Source: Calditrichia bacterium | GTDB taxonomy: Bacteria > Calditrichota > Calditrichia > Calditrichales > Calditrichaceae | Length of the DNA stretch: 39,999 nucleotides | Direction of reading: 5' to 3' | Assembly: GCA_027039465.1 (NCBI GenBank) | Contig: JALWEA010000263.1 | Span: 1-39,999, forward strand | Shown here: positions 1 to 8,859 of the stretch, piece after piece | Layout of the letters: each line of letters opens with the position of its first letter | How positions within the stretch are numbered: the stretch's first letter is position 1 | Translations under genes and position numbers: made by a program | Notes under the pieces: generated by a model | The model's database searches: none | The model's input: only the letters and a program-made list of their open reading frames with translations | Told to the model about the DNA's origin: nothing

Positions 1-2
1 AC

Positions 3-1319
3 ACGGAATGGTGGAAAATCGCCCGCCATCTAAATCGTGTGGAACTCATTCCCATGATTATTAAAGGGAAAATGAACCCTTTAACCGATTTGGTCGGCAA
101 TGTCTTACTTTTTATTCCTTTCGGCTTTTTTGTGATGCTTTATTATTTGGCGCAGCATCGGCCTAAAAACGGATTACGCATTACGATTTGGGGAATGCTG
201 TTCAGTTTGAGCATTGAAATATTGCAAATCGGTTTCCGTTATCGCACGCCTTCCACCACGGATGTAATTATGAATACGATCGGAACGGCAGTCGGTGTAA
301 TTAGCGCTAAAATCTATTTTCGTTATTGGGCTGCGCGTGTGCAGCGCTTTATTGAAATGACGCTTGAAAACGAACCGATCACATTGATTTTAATTCTGAT
401 TATTTTAGTCCAGTTTTTCGGCTCATTGTTGCCTTTTAACGTTACCATTACGGTTTCGGATTTAAAGCGTGCTTTGGCTCATGCCAACATTCAACCTTTT
501 GGCGTAAAACCCCTCGGCCTTTTATTCGGCGCTTCGCACAAATACGCTGCTAACATGACATTTTCAAAGACAAAGTTCTTTGGTAATATTATATTCTACG
601 CTATTTACGGTTATTTGACGATGTACGCTTATTTTCAATATTGGCGTCAACGTAAAGAAGGCAAATGGATTTTGTTGGCATTGCTCATTTTGTACTTTCC
701 GTTACTAGAGATCACGCAATTTTTCATTAAGTCGCGTACCAGCGATATCAATGACGTGATCAGCGGTTATTCGGGCGCTTTTTTCGGTGTGATTTTATTC
801 CTAGCCGTCAAAAAAGACGAATGGTTTACCGGCCTCAAAACAATCCGATTAAAGCACTTTATTGTACCTGTTGCCCTGTATTTGTTTTACATTTTTTACA
901 CCGGATTAAGTCCGTTCCGTTTTACCACGGATTTAGCCGCCATTCGACCGAACCTGAAAATTCACGTTTTGGTTCCTTTTTATGCTTATTACAAAGTAAC
1001 CTCTTTGTGGAATATTTATGATTTGTTGGAATCGTTTTTTATGTTGATGCCGCTGGGTTTTATTTGGGCGTTGATAAAAAACAAAGACGGTGTTTCCAAA
1101 CGGGCGGAAATGCAAGCCTTGTTTTTGGGACTTTTGATCGCCTCGTTCATTGAATTAGCCCAAGTCTTTTTACCGACGCGCACCGGCGAAATCACGGATG
1201 TAATTATGATGACTTTCGGCTGTTATTCCGGCGCATGGTTCTATCGCTATTATTATGAACATTATTTGGCGCGGAATGCATTTATTCGTTCATTGACGGA
1301 GGGGAGGGAAAAGGGTTAA
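3..1319 (+). CDS. VanZ-family multi-pass membrane protein with about three VanZ-like repeats; 5' end truncated by the window
   Basis: The frame is open from base 3 (TEWWKIARHLNRVELIP...), so the GTG at 39 is probably internal. VanZ-type motifs recur three times: GNVLLFIPFGF / IEILQ..R..STTDVIMN, LEITQ..SRTSDINDVI and IELAQ..RTGEITDVI. Confidence 0.8.
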   Translation, partial: TEWWKIARHLNRVELIPMIIKGKMNPLTDLVGNVLLFIPFGFFVMLYYLAQHRPKNGLRITIWGMLFSLSIEILQIGFRYRTPSTTDVIMNTIGTAVGVISAKIYFRYWAARVQRFIEMTLENEPITLILILIILVQFFGSLLPFNVTITVSDLKRALAHANIQPFGVKPLGLLFGASHKYAANMTFSKTKFFGNIIFYAIYGYLTMYAYFQYWRQRKEGKWILLALLILYFPLLEITQFFIKSRTSDINDVISGYSGAFFGVILFLAVKKDEWFTGLKTIRLKHFIVPVALYLFYIFYTGLSPFRFTTDLAAIRPNLKIHVLVPFYAYYKVTSLWNIYDLLESFFMLMPLGFIWALIKNKDGVSKRAEMQALFLGLLIASFIELAQVFLPTRTGEITDVIMMTFGCYSGAWFYRYYYEHYLARNAFIRSLTEGREKG

Positions 1320-1340
1320 GAGTTACAAGTTAAGGGTTAA
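1313..1340 (+). repeat. Degenerate 7-bp tandem repeat (RRGTTAM x4) starting in the vanZ stop codon region
   Basis: gggttaa gagttac aagttaa gggttaa read directly from the sequence. Confidence 0.6.
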
Positions 1341-1409
1341 TAGGAAAATCGTTATTCGTTAATTGGAAATCATTGTTTGTTCACCCGTTCTTTGATGTGA
1401 TTCCCCAGT

Positions 1410-1537
1410 CTGTCATTCCGAGTCACGCTCTTGCGTGAGGAGAAATTCCCTCCAAAGCAGCACCGGCCTTTTGATTGAGAAACAGTTCAAATATCGTTAA
1501 AGATTGCTTCCCCGCCTCAGGCGGGTCGCAATGACAG
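1410..1537. repeat. About 128-bp palindromic REP/MITE-like element with terminal inverted repeats and two internal hairpins
   Basis: ctgtcattccga (1410-1421) versus tcgcaatgacag (1526-1537) is an 11/12 inverted match. Internal hairpins are tcacgc-tctt-gcgtga (1423-1438) and cccgcct-c-aggcggg (1511-1525). Confidence 0.65.
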
Positions 1538-1590
1538 TCTTTTTGGATAACAATTTTACCCATTCGACCATTTACCATTTAGCCCACTTC

Positions 1591-1669
1591 CGCTTAACGC
1601 TTAACGAATACACGAATATACGAATAACGAAAAACCAGTTCCTAATTCCCGGTTCCAAGTTTCCAAATC
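1591..1669. repeat. Run of degenerate 7-8-bp tandem repeats just downstream of the nhaC-family gene
   Basis: cgcttaa cgcttaa cgaataca cgaatata cgaataa cgaaaaa, then ccagttc ctaattc ccggttc caagttt ccaaatc. Confidence 0.6.
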
Positions 1670-1673
1670 CCGC

Positions 1674-3158
1674 CTAACTCAACAGCCCCAAAACCAAATA
1701 CATCAACGCTGCCACGGCACCGGCTAAAAGAGCATACGGCAATTGGGTCTTAACGTGATCAATATGATCGCTGGCGGAAGCCATGGAAGAGATGATGGTC
1801 GTATCCGAAATAGGGGAGCAGTGGTCGCCGAAAACGCCACCTCCTAACACCGCACCGACGGCCAAAGGAATACTGACATTCATGGCTTGTGCCATTGGTA
1901 CCGCAATGGCCATCATGATGGCAAACGTACCCCATGATGTTCCGGTGGCAAAGGCGATAAAACAGGCCACCAAAAAAATAATAACCGGAACAAAATGCGG
2001 ACTTAACCAAGTTTTAGCCACTTCGGCGACGTAAACACCGGTGCCCAATTCCCGGCACAATTTACCGATGGCAAAGGCTAACATCATCAACAAGGCCAAC
2101 GGGATTAATCCGCCAATGCCTTTAAACAAAAGATCCATCAATTCCTGAAGCTTAAAGATTTTTTGCGAACGGTACAATATGGCCGCTACCAAAAGCGCCG
2201 TGAGAACCGCCCACAAAACCGCTTGCGATCCCGAACCCTTGCCGATGGCATCGAACAATACTTCCAAAAATGGCTTCCCCTCGGTTGAACCCAACTGTTG
2301 CCAACCGGAATAAATCAAACCGACGGGCATCATTAAAACCATGGTTGCGATGGGGATAATCATGTTGCGTGCCTTGGGCTGCACGCCTTCTTTTTTCTGC
2401 ATACTAACCACTTCATTCGACATCATGGGCACGGCATTATCGGCAATAACCTTGCCTTCTTCGATGGCCCGCTTTTCCGCTTTTCTCATCGGGCCGATAT
2501 CTTTTTGTAAAATTATAACCAGTAAGACCGCACCCATGGCCAAAAACGGATAAAAATTCAAAGGGTAGGCCTGCACCATTATTCTAAAGGGATCTTTCAG
2601 CCCTTGTGCTAATAACAAGCCCATAATGTAAGCGCCCCAGGCGTTCAGAGGAATCAAAATACAGGTTGGCGCCGAAATGGAATCGGCGATGTAAGCCAAT
2701 TTTTCTCTAGGAATTTTCATGCGATCGAAAATCGGACGAAAAATAGAACCAACAGTCAGGACGTTAATACTTGATTCCACGAAAATCATAACGCCGGTGG
2801 CCCAGGCCAAAAGCTCGACCACGCGACGGCTGTTTCCCGCGTGACGTTTTTCAATATATTGTAAAAATCGGTTAATATAACGAATAAAGCCGTCAACGCC
2901 ACCGGAACGTTGGACGTAAGCGATGAGAGCACCAACCAAGGAACTAAACATAATGGTGCGCGTATTGCCCGGTTCTTTAAAAACATTAACCAGCGCTTCA
3001 ATGGAAGCTAAAGTACCGCTAAAAAAATTCCAATCATTTAAAATAACCCAACCGATCCATACGCCTAGGAAAAGAGAAATAAAAACCTGCCGCGTTTTAA
3101 TGGCTAAAAGAATGGCGACTAACGGGGGAAGCAAAGACCACAATCCATAATGATCCAT
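1674..3158 (-). CDS. Na+/H+ antiporter NhaC-family (ion transporter superfamily) protein
   Basis: 494-aa hydrophobic ORF with family motifs WSLLPPLVAI, REKLAYIADS, FATGTSWGTFAI and GGVFGDHCSPISDTTIISS...DHVKTQLPYA. Confidence 0.88.
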   Translation of the reverse strand: MDHYGLWSLLPPLVAILLAIKTRQVFISLFLGVWIGWVILNDWNFFSGTLASIEALVNVFKEPGNTRTIMFSSLVGALIAYVQRSGGVDGFIRYINRFLQYIEKRHAGNSRRVVELLAWATGVMIFVESSINVLTVGSIFRPIFDRMKIPREKLAYIADSISAPTCILIPLNAWGAYIMGLLLAQGLKDPFRIMVQAYPLNFYPFLAMGAVLLVIILQKDIGPMRKAEKRAIEEGKVIADNAVPMMSNEVVSMQKKEGVQPKARNMIIPIATMVLMMPVGLIYSGWQQLGSTEGKPFLEVLFDAIGKGSGSQAVLWAVLTALLVAAILYRSQKIFKLQELMDLLFKGIGGLIPLALLMMLAFAIGKLCRELGTGVYVAEVAKTWLSPHFVPVIIFLVACFIAFATGTSWGTFAIMMAIAVPMAQAMNVSIPLAVGAVLGGGVFGDHCSPISDTTIISSMASASDHIDHVKTQLPYALLAGAVAALMYLVLGLLS

Positions 3159-3381
3159 TTGGAGCCCTTTCAGAGAGAGATAATTTGGTTTTTACAAACT
3201 AATTTTAATGGGCATAAAAATATCTTTTTCTGCAATTCTTTGCAAAATTAATTTTGTGGGAATCCTATTGGGCGGTGGATGCAAATATCAAATTTTTTAA
3301 TATTCCCTTTCGCTTAAGGCATTATGAGATGGATGCCTTTCGAACGTTTGCGTATCCTTTCAAAACAGTTTTTAGAAAAAT

Positions 3382-3410
3382 TTGACATTTCCCATCGAAT
3401 TCATTAAAAT
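3382..3410 (+). promoter_or_regulatory. Sigma70-type promoter for the alginate locus
   Basis: TTGACA (3382-3387), a 17-bp spacer and TAAAAT (3405-3410), upstream of the regulator RBS. Confidence 0.8.
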
Positions 3411-3416
3411 CCGATC

Positions 3417-3435
3417 TGTAATACATCATACAAAT
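3417..3435 (+). promoter_or_regulatory. Candidate FadR/GntR operator 1, overlapping the predicted transcription start
   Basis: TGTAATACATCATACAAAT contains the palindrome TGTA-A-TACA and two TMATACA heptamers; a closely related motif recurs at 4195-4220. Confidence 0.65.
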
Positions 3436-3447
3436 TTTGAGGTGAAT

Positions 3448-4173
3448 GTGAACTACGCTTTTAAACCGATTAAAAAAGCCGCAACGTTGAGTCAGGAGAT
3501 TCAGGAACGGATTGAAAAGGCGATCCTTGCTCGTGAATTTTTACCCGGTGAAAAATTGCCGACCGAACATGAATTGTGCGAAATGTTCGGTGTCAGTCGC
3601 ACGGCTTTACGCGAAGCTTTGCAGATGTTAGGTGCCAAAGGATTGATTTCCGTAAAAAAGGGCAGCGGCATTTACATCGAAGACTATTCGCCTCAAAATG
3701 TAATTCAACCCATGCGCCTTTATCTGGAACTGAATTTTGACAAAAGTTACATTTTACAGCTCATTGAAGTCCGCAAAATTATCGAACCTCAAGTTTGCAA
3801 GATTGCCGCGCGAAATCGTAGTGAAGAAGATGTGCAAAAATTGGAAAGAAATCTTCGGAAATTTAAATCAAGCAATCCCATGGATTTCCGGCAGGAAGGT
3901 GAACTGGATCGGGAATTCCATTTAATTATTGCCAATGCTTCGGGCAACCGTATTATTCCCATTATTGTAGACCCTATCTTTCAACTGATGCCCAAAATTC
4001 GCACGCTTGTTTATGCACAAATCGACAAAGCCAAAAGCGCCGCTTTTGAATATCACGATTTGATTTTTAAAAGTATTAAAGAACAGGATGAAGAGAAAGC
4101 CTATTATTACATGACCGAGCATTTGCGCATTGCCGAAGAACATTCGAGAGCCATTATTGAAAAAATAAAATAA
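3448..4173 (+). CDS. FadR/GntR-family transcriptional regulator (winged HTH plus FCD domain)
   Basis: GntR HTH LPGEKLPTEHELCEMFGVSRTALREAL; FCD motifs DREFHLIIANASGN and MTEHL. The start is placed at GTG 3448 after GAGG (3439-3442), because the track's TTG at 3382 is the -35 box. Confidence 0.92.
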   Translation: MNYAFKPIKKAATLSQEIQERIEKAILAREFLPGEKLPTEHELCEMFGVSRTALREALQMLGAKGLISVKKGSGIYIEDYSPQNVIQPMRLYLELNFDKSYILQLIEVRKIIEPQVCKIAARNRSEEDVQKLERNLRKFKSSNPMDFRQEGELDREFHLIIANASGNRIIPIIVDPIFQLMPKIRTLVYAQIDKAKSAAFEYHDLIFKSIKEQDEEKAYYYMTEHLRIAEEHSRAIIEKIK

Positions 4174-4194
4174 AATTTTTTTGTCCGAAAAATA

Positions 4195-4220
4195 TGTAAT
4201 ACATAATACATAATACAAAT
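4195..4220 (+). promoter_or_regulatory. Candidate FadR/GntR operator 2, upstream of the SDR gene
   Basis: TG-TAATACA-TAATACA-TAATACA-AAT has the same flanks as site 1 with one extra heptamer; it is followed by GGAGG and the ATG at 4235. Confidence 0.62.
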
Positions 4221-4234
4221 AATCGGGAGGCATT

Positions 4235-5002
4235 ATGGAAATTCAATTGAAGAATAAAACAGCGATCGTAACCGGCAGCATTCAGGGCATCGGATTGGCT
4301 ATTGCCAAAATTTTAGCCCAAAGCGGCGCTAATGTGGTAATGAATAGTCGCAGAGACGGAAACGTCCTGCAAAACAGAGCCGAGGAAATTGCTTCCGAAA
4401 CAGGCGCAAAAGTAAAAGCCGTCTTAGCCGATGTAACCAAACGAGACGAAGCTCAGAAGTTAATCGATGCCGCAATGAGCATGGGATCGACCATTGACAT
4501 TTTGGTTAATAATGCAGGCGGGTTGGTCAAACGCGTTCCGGTTGCCGAATTCGATGAACAGCATTTTCAGACCGTCATGGATATTAATGTAAAAAGCGCC
4601 TTTTTGATGTCACATTTGGTAATGCCGTACATGAAAAAACAAAAATCCGGCAAAATCATCAATCTTTCTTCTCAAGCTGCCCATGACGGCGGCGGTAACG
4701 GTGCTGCGGCTTATTCGGCCTCCAAAGGCGCGATCTGGACTTTTACCAAATCCTTAGCCAAAGAATTAGCTTCCTTTAAAGTCAATGTGAATTGCGTTTC
4801 ACCGGGATTTATTGAATACACTTCTTTTCACGATACGTTTACGCCAAAAGAAGTACATGAAAAAATGCCTTCCATTATCCCGTTGGGTCGAACCGGTACT
4901 CCGGAAGACGTGGCGAAAGTCACCCTGTTTTTAGCCTCCGATTTGGCGGACTATTTAACCGGGCAATCCATTGAAGTTAACGGCGGTCTTTACATGCCCT
5001 AA
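4235..5002 (+). CDS. SDR oxidoreductase, probable DEH (4-deoxy-L-erythro-5-hexoseulose uronate) reductase producing KDG
   Basis: TGSIQGIG Rossmann motif, LVNNAGGLV and catalytic YSASK. It lies next to PL17, exuT and kdgF as in known alginate operons; the substrate is inferred from context. Confidence 0.85.
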   Translation: MEIQLKNKTAIVTGSIQGIGLAIAKILAQSGANVVMNSRRDGNVLQNRAEEIASETGAKVKAVLADVTKRDEAQKLIDAAMSMGSTIDILVNNAGGLVKRVPVAEFDEQHFQTVMDINVKSAFLMSHLVMPYMKKQKSGKIINLSSQAAHDGGGNGAAAYSASKGAIWTFTKSLAKELASFKVNVNCVSPGFIEYTSFHDTFTPKEVHEKMPSIIPLGRTGTPEDVAKVTLFLASDLADYLTGQSIEVNGGLYMP

Positions 5003-5018
5003 AACGGGAGCCTAACGC

Positions 5019-7211
5019 ATGAAAAAAATTCTGCTTTTCGTTTTTCTTTTTAGTTTTTCAACCGTTGGTTTGGCCAAGCCCATTGAACATCCCTGTTTGT
5101 TCATTTCGAAAAGGGGTGCATCCGAAATCCGGCAAAATTTAGACCATCTTCCTTTATTGCGGAAATCATTTTTGGAAACTAAAAAAATGGTGGATGCGGC
5201 TTTAAAACATCCCATTGAAGTTCCGCCACCAGGCGAAGCCGGAAGTTATTCCCATGAACGGCACAAACAGAATTATCGCGAAATGCGTGCCGCAGCTCTG
5301 TTGTTCCGGATTACCGGGCAGGAAAAGTATGCGCGTTTCATCCGCCGCATGTTGTTGAAATATGCCAGAATGTACCCTACGCTCGGTCCGAGTCCTTATG
5401 CCCATAACCAGGCGCCAGGTAAAATCTTTCATCAGATGCTCAATGAAACCGTTTGGCTGGTCAATACCGTACAGGCATACGATTGCATTTACGATTGGTT
5501 AACGCCCGAGGATCGTGCTCTGTTTGAAAAAAATATTTTTATTCCAATGGCACAATGGTTCACCGTGAAAAACGCCAGGGAGTTCAACCGCATTCACAAT
5601 CACGGCACCTGGTCGGTAGCAGCCGTGGGCATGCTGGGTTTGGTTATCGGAAATGACAATTATGTACAGGAAGCGCTTTACGGCACTAAAAAGGATGGCA
5701 ACGGCGGCTTTTTAAAACAGTTGGATTTGCTTTTTTCGCCGGACGGTTATTATATGGAAGGTCCTTATTACATTCGCTATGCGTTGCGTCCGTTTTTCTT
5801 ATTTGCCGAAGCCTTACAGCGCAGTAAACCGCAGCTTAAAATTTTTGCCTATCGGGACAGCATTTTAAAAAAGGCCTATTATGCGGCCATTGAAACGACC
5901 TTCCCGGACGGCGTTTTTCCACCGATTAATGATGCCTCGCGCACGATGAACGTTGAAGCGGTCGGGGTTGTAATTGCCAACGATATTGCCTATTACCGTT
6001 ATGCCTGCAATAAAGAACTATTGGGCGTAGCCAAAATGCAGGGACGCGTTATTCTGAATGATTGCGGTCTGGCTGTGGCAAAGGATTTCGGAGACGGAGG
6101 AAAAATTGACATTCCGCGCTGGAAAAGCATTGAATTTCGCGATGGTTCCGACGGTAAACAGGGCGGTCTTGGAATTCTACGAACAGGAAAGGGCGCTGAT
6201 CAAACAATGTTGCTAATGAAATACGGCGTTCACGGCAAAGGACACGGACATTTTGACGAACTCCATTTCATTCTTTACGACCACGGGAATATGGTCGTTC
6301 CCGACTACGGCTTTGCGCGTTGGATTAACATAGAGCCTAAATTCGGCGGTCGCTATTTGCCGGAAAATAAGACCTATGCCAAACAAACCATTGCCCACAA
6401 CACGGTAACTGTTGATCAGACTTCCCAAAACAAAGCCAACAGTAAAGAGGCCGATAAAGTTTCCGGCGAACGCCATTTTTTTGACGCTTCCAACCCGCAA
6501 GTGCAAGTGATGAGCGCCAGGGCAAATCATTGTTATCCAGGCGTAAAAATGCAGCGTACCATGTTTCTGATTGCCGATTCTTCGCTCTCTTATCCTTTTG
6601 TGGTGGATCTTTATCGCCTTACTTCCGAAACGCAACATACTTATGATTATGCGCTTCATTATTTGGGTCAATTTATTACGACAAATTGGAAATACGTTGC
6701 CCACGACAGTGCACAATTCCCGTTAGGTAAACAATACGGTTATCAGCATTTGTGGAACGAAGCAGAGGGTAGCGGTAACGAACCGTTTCAATTTACCTAT
6801 CTTTACGGCGGACGCTATTATTCTTTTTTAACGGCCGCCCAACCACAGGCGCAAGTCTTTTTTACCCGCATCGGCGCTCATGATCCAAATTTTAATTTGC
6901 GAGACGAGCCTGCGGTTATTCTGCGTGTCCGAAAAAAAGATTGTCTGTTTGCTTCGGTCATTGAGCCGCATGGTTATTTTAACGAAGCACAGGAGAGTTC
7001 CGAGAACCCGTATCCTTCTTTTAAAACCGTTAAAATTATCGGCAGCAATCCGCAAGGTTCTGTAATTGAAATTACGGCAAAAAGCGGCAAACGTTGGCGG
7101 ATCATGGTTACCAATCAAAAAGCGGATGCCCGCAAACAGCATCGGTTAAAATTCGGTGGTAAGGAATTTACCTGGGTGGGAAACTTTAAAGTTGTAACTC
7201 TTAGCAAATAG
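5019..7211 (+). CDS. PL17 exo-oligoalginate lyase (alginate lyase plus heparinase II/III domains) with signal peptide
   Basis: PL17 motifs HERHKQNY, QMLNETVW, RIHNHGTW, YYMEGPYY, GHGHFD and KFGGRYLPEN...QTIAHNT; signal peptide MKKILLFVFLFSFSTVGLA. Confidence 0.92.
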   Translation: MKKILLFVFLFSFSTVGLAKPIEHPCLFISKRGASEIRQNLDHLPLLRKSFLETKKMVDAALKHPIEVPPPGEAGSYSHERHKQNYREMRAAALLFRITGQEKYARFIRRMLLKYARMYPTLGPSPYAHNQAPGKIFHQMLNETVWLVNTVQAYDCIYDWLTPEDRALFEKNIFIPMAQWFTVKNAREFNRIHNHGTWSVAAVGMLGLVIGNDNYVQEALYGTKKDGNGGFLKQLDLLFSPDGYYMEGPYYIRYALRPFFLFAEALQRSKPQLKIFAYRDSILKKAYYAAIETTFPDGVFPPINDASRTMNVEAVGVVIANDIAYYRYACNKELLGVAKMQGRVILNDCGLAVAKDFGDGGKIDIPRWKSIEFRDGSDGKQGGLGILRTGKGADQTMLLMKYGVHGKGHGHFDELHFILYDHGNMVVPDYGFARWINIEPKFGGRYLPENKTYAKQTIAHNTVTVDQTSQNKANSKEADKVSGERHFFDASNPQVQVMSARANHCYPGVKMQRTMFLIADSSLSYPFVVDLYRLTSETQHTYDYALHYLGQFITTNWKYVAHDSAQFPLGKQYGYQHLWNEAEGSGNEPFQFTYLYGGRYYSFLTAAQPQAQVFFTRIGAHDPNFNLRDEPAVILRVRKKDCLFASVIEPHGYFNEAQESSENPYPSFKTVKIIGSNPQGSVIEITAKSGKRWRIMVTNQKADARKQHRLKFGGKEFTWVGNFKVVTLSK

Positions 7212-7219
7212 GAAACGAT

Positions 7220-8503
7220 ATGGCTAAAATCAAAGGTCTTCGTTGGTGGATTGTAACACTGGTTGCTTTGGCTACGGTGATTAATTACATCGATCGCAGT
7301 GCGCTGGCCATCATGTGGCCCAATATCAGCAAAGATATCGGCTTGACCAAAATCGACTATTCCCGTATTGCCATTACTTTTACCATTGCTTATGCCATCA
7401 GTCAAAGCCTGTCCGGCAGATTCTACGATTGGGTGGGTACGCGCATCGGGTTTGTTATTTCCATTATTGTTTGGTCGCTCTCGGAAATCGGACATGCGGT
7501 TGTCAGCACGGTTTTGAGTTTTGCTGTTGTACGGTTTGTACTGGGACTGGGTGAAGCGGGCAACTGGCCCGGGGCTACCAAATCCAATGCGGAATGGTTT
7601 CCCATTAAGGAACGTGCTTTTGCACAAGGCATTTTTAATTCCGGCGCGTCCATCGGATCCATTATTTCGCCGCCCTTAATCGCCTTTCTTTATTTGTGGG
7701 TCGGTTGGCGCGCAACGTTCGTCATTCTCGGCGGCCTGGGTTTGTTGTGGATTATTCCCTGGCTATTTGTGTACAAAGCTCTGCCCAAAACCCATCCGTG
7801 GTTGAGTGAAGAAGAACGAAAATACATTTTGGAAGGGCAGAAAATTGACGGCAAAGGCGAAGAAGATGGCAAGATTTTAAGTGTCGGACGCCTGTTGTCA
7901 TTCAAACAAAGCTGGTCGGTACTGGCCTCGCGCTTTTTCCTGGATCCGATTTGGTGGCTGTTTGTCTATTGGCTGCCCATCTATTTGGCGGACAAATTCG
8001 GTTTCAACATTAAACAAATCGGACTATTTGCCTGGGTACCTTACGTAGGTGCTGCACTGGGAGCGCTTTCCGGAGGCGGCATTGCGGGCTGGTTCATGCA
8101 CCGCGGTAAAACCTTGGATCAGGCGCGTAAATGGTCGATTTTGTCGGGCGGCATCATCATGTTGCCCGCTTTATTATTGACGGCTTACGCGGCCAAACCG
8201 ATTATTGCAGTTTTATTGATCGCATTTATTCTATTCGGATTTCAGGTCTCGATCGGTAACATTCAAACCCTGCCGAGTGATTTTTTTGTGGGTAAAAATG
8301 TGGGAACCGTTGCCGGAATGGGCGGAACGACGGCGGCCATCGGAGTTATCATTACGACCTATTTGGTGCCGCTCATTACCAAAACTTCCTACATCCCGTT
8401 TTTTATGTTAGGCGCTGCTTTGGTTCCTTTGGGAATTTTTAGCGTCTACTTTTTCGGCGGGAAAATACAACGTATTCAAGCAGGAGTGCAAGAAGATGTC
8501 TGA
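7220..8503 (+). CDS. exuT: MFS hexuronate transporter, ExuT-like
   Basis: LRWWIVTLVALATVINYIDR, GEAGNWPGATK..AEWFP..ERA.AQGIFNSG and RFFLDPIWW motifs, with about 12 hydrophobic segments. Confidence 0.88.
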   Translation: MAKIKGLRWWIVTLVALATVINYIDRSALAIMWPNISKDIGLTKIDYSRIAITFTIAYAISQSLSGRFYDWVGTRIGFVISIIVWSLSEIGHAVVSTVLSFAVVRFVLGLGEAGNWPGATKSNAEWFPIKERAFAQGIFNSGASIGSIISPPLIAFLYLWVGWRATFVILGGLGLLWIIPWLFVYKALPKTHPWLSEEERKYILEGQKIDGKGEEDGKILSVGRLLSFKQSWSVLASRFFLDPIWWLFVYWLPIYLADKFGFNIKQIGLFAWVPYVGAALGALSGGGIAGWFMHRGKTLDQARKWSILSGGIIMLPALLLTAYAAKPIIAVLLIAFILFGFQVSIGNIQTLPSDFFVGKNVGTVAGMGGTTAAIGVIITTYLVPLITKTSYIPFFMLGAALVPLGIFSVYFFGGKIQRIQAGVQEDV

Positions 8504-8834
8504 TTCGTATCACATCAAAGATGAACAGGTAAAATGGGAACCTGCCGGCGAAGGAATCGAACGGAAAATCATGGGTTACCAACCCAACTTAATGCTGGTC
8601 AAAGTACATTTTAAAAAAGGAGCCGTCGGATACAAACACACCCATCCGCACGAACAGGTTTCGTATGTCCTTTCCGGGAAATTTGAAGTGGAAGTGGATG
8701 GAAAAAAAGAAATACTAAAAGCGGGCGATGCCTTTGTAATTCCCGCAAATATTGAGCACGGAGCAGTCTGTTTGGAAGACGGGATTTTGATCGACACTTT
8801 TTCACCGATGCGTGAAGATTTTTTAAATCCATAA
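8496..8834 (+). CDS. kdgF: KdgF-like cupin (unsaturated uronate ring-opening/tautomerisation)
   Basis: 112-aa cupin with HTHPHEQVSYV...HGAVCLE.G.LIDTFSPMREDFL; overlaps the exuT 3' end by 8 nt. Confidence 0.88.
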   Translation: MSDSYHIKDEQVKWEPAGEGIERKIMGYQPNLMLVKVHFKKGAVGYKHTHPHEQVSYVLSGKFEVEVDGKKEILKAGDAFVIPANIEHGAVCLEDGILIDTFSPMREDFLNP

Positions 8835-8859
8835 ATCCATTAAAGTAAAAGGAGAAGTT

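Noticed and set aside
3-1319. vanZ as evidence of glycopeptide resistance
   Set aside because: VanZ-like domains are widespread, and no vanHAX or vanRS genes are present.
3382-3447. ORF-track TTG start for the GntR regulator, adding 22 aa
   Set aside because: The TTG is the -35 box, and the extension would span the promoter and operator. GTG 3448 has an RBS and gives a normal-length FadR protein.
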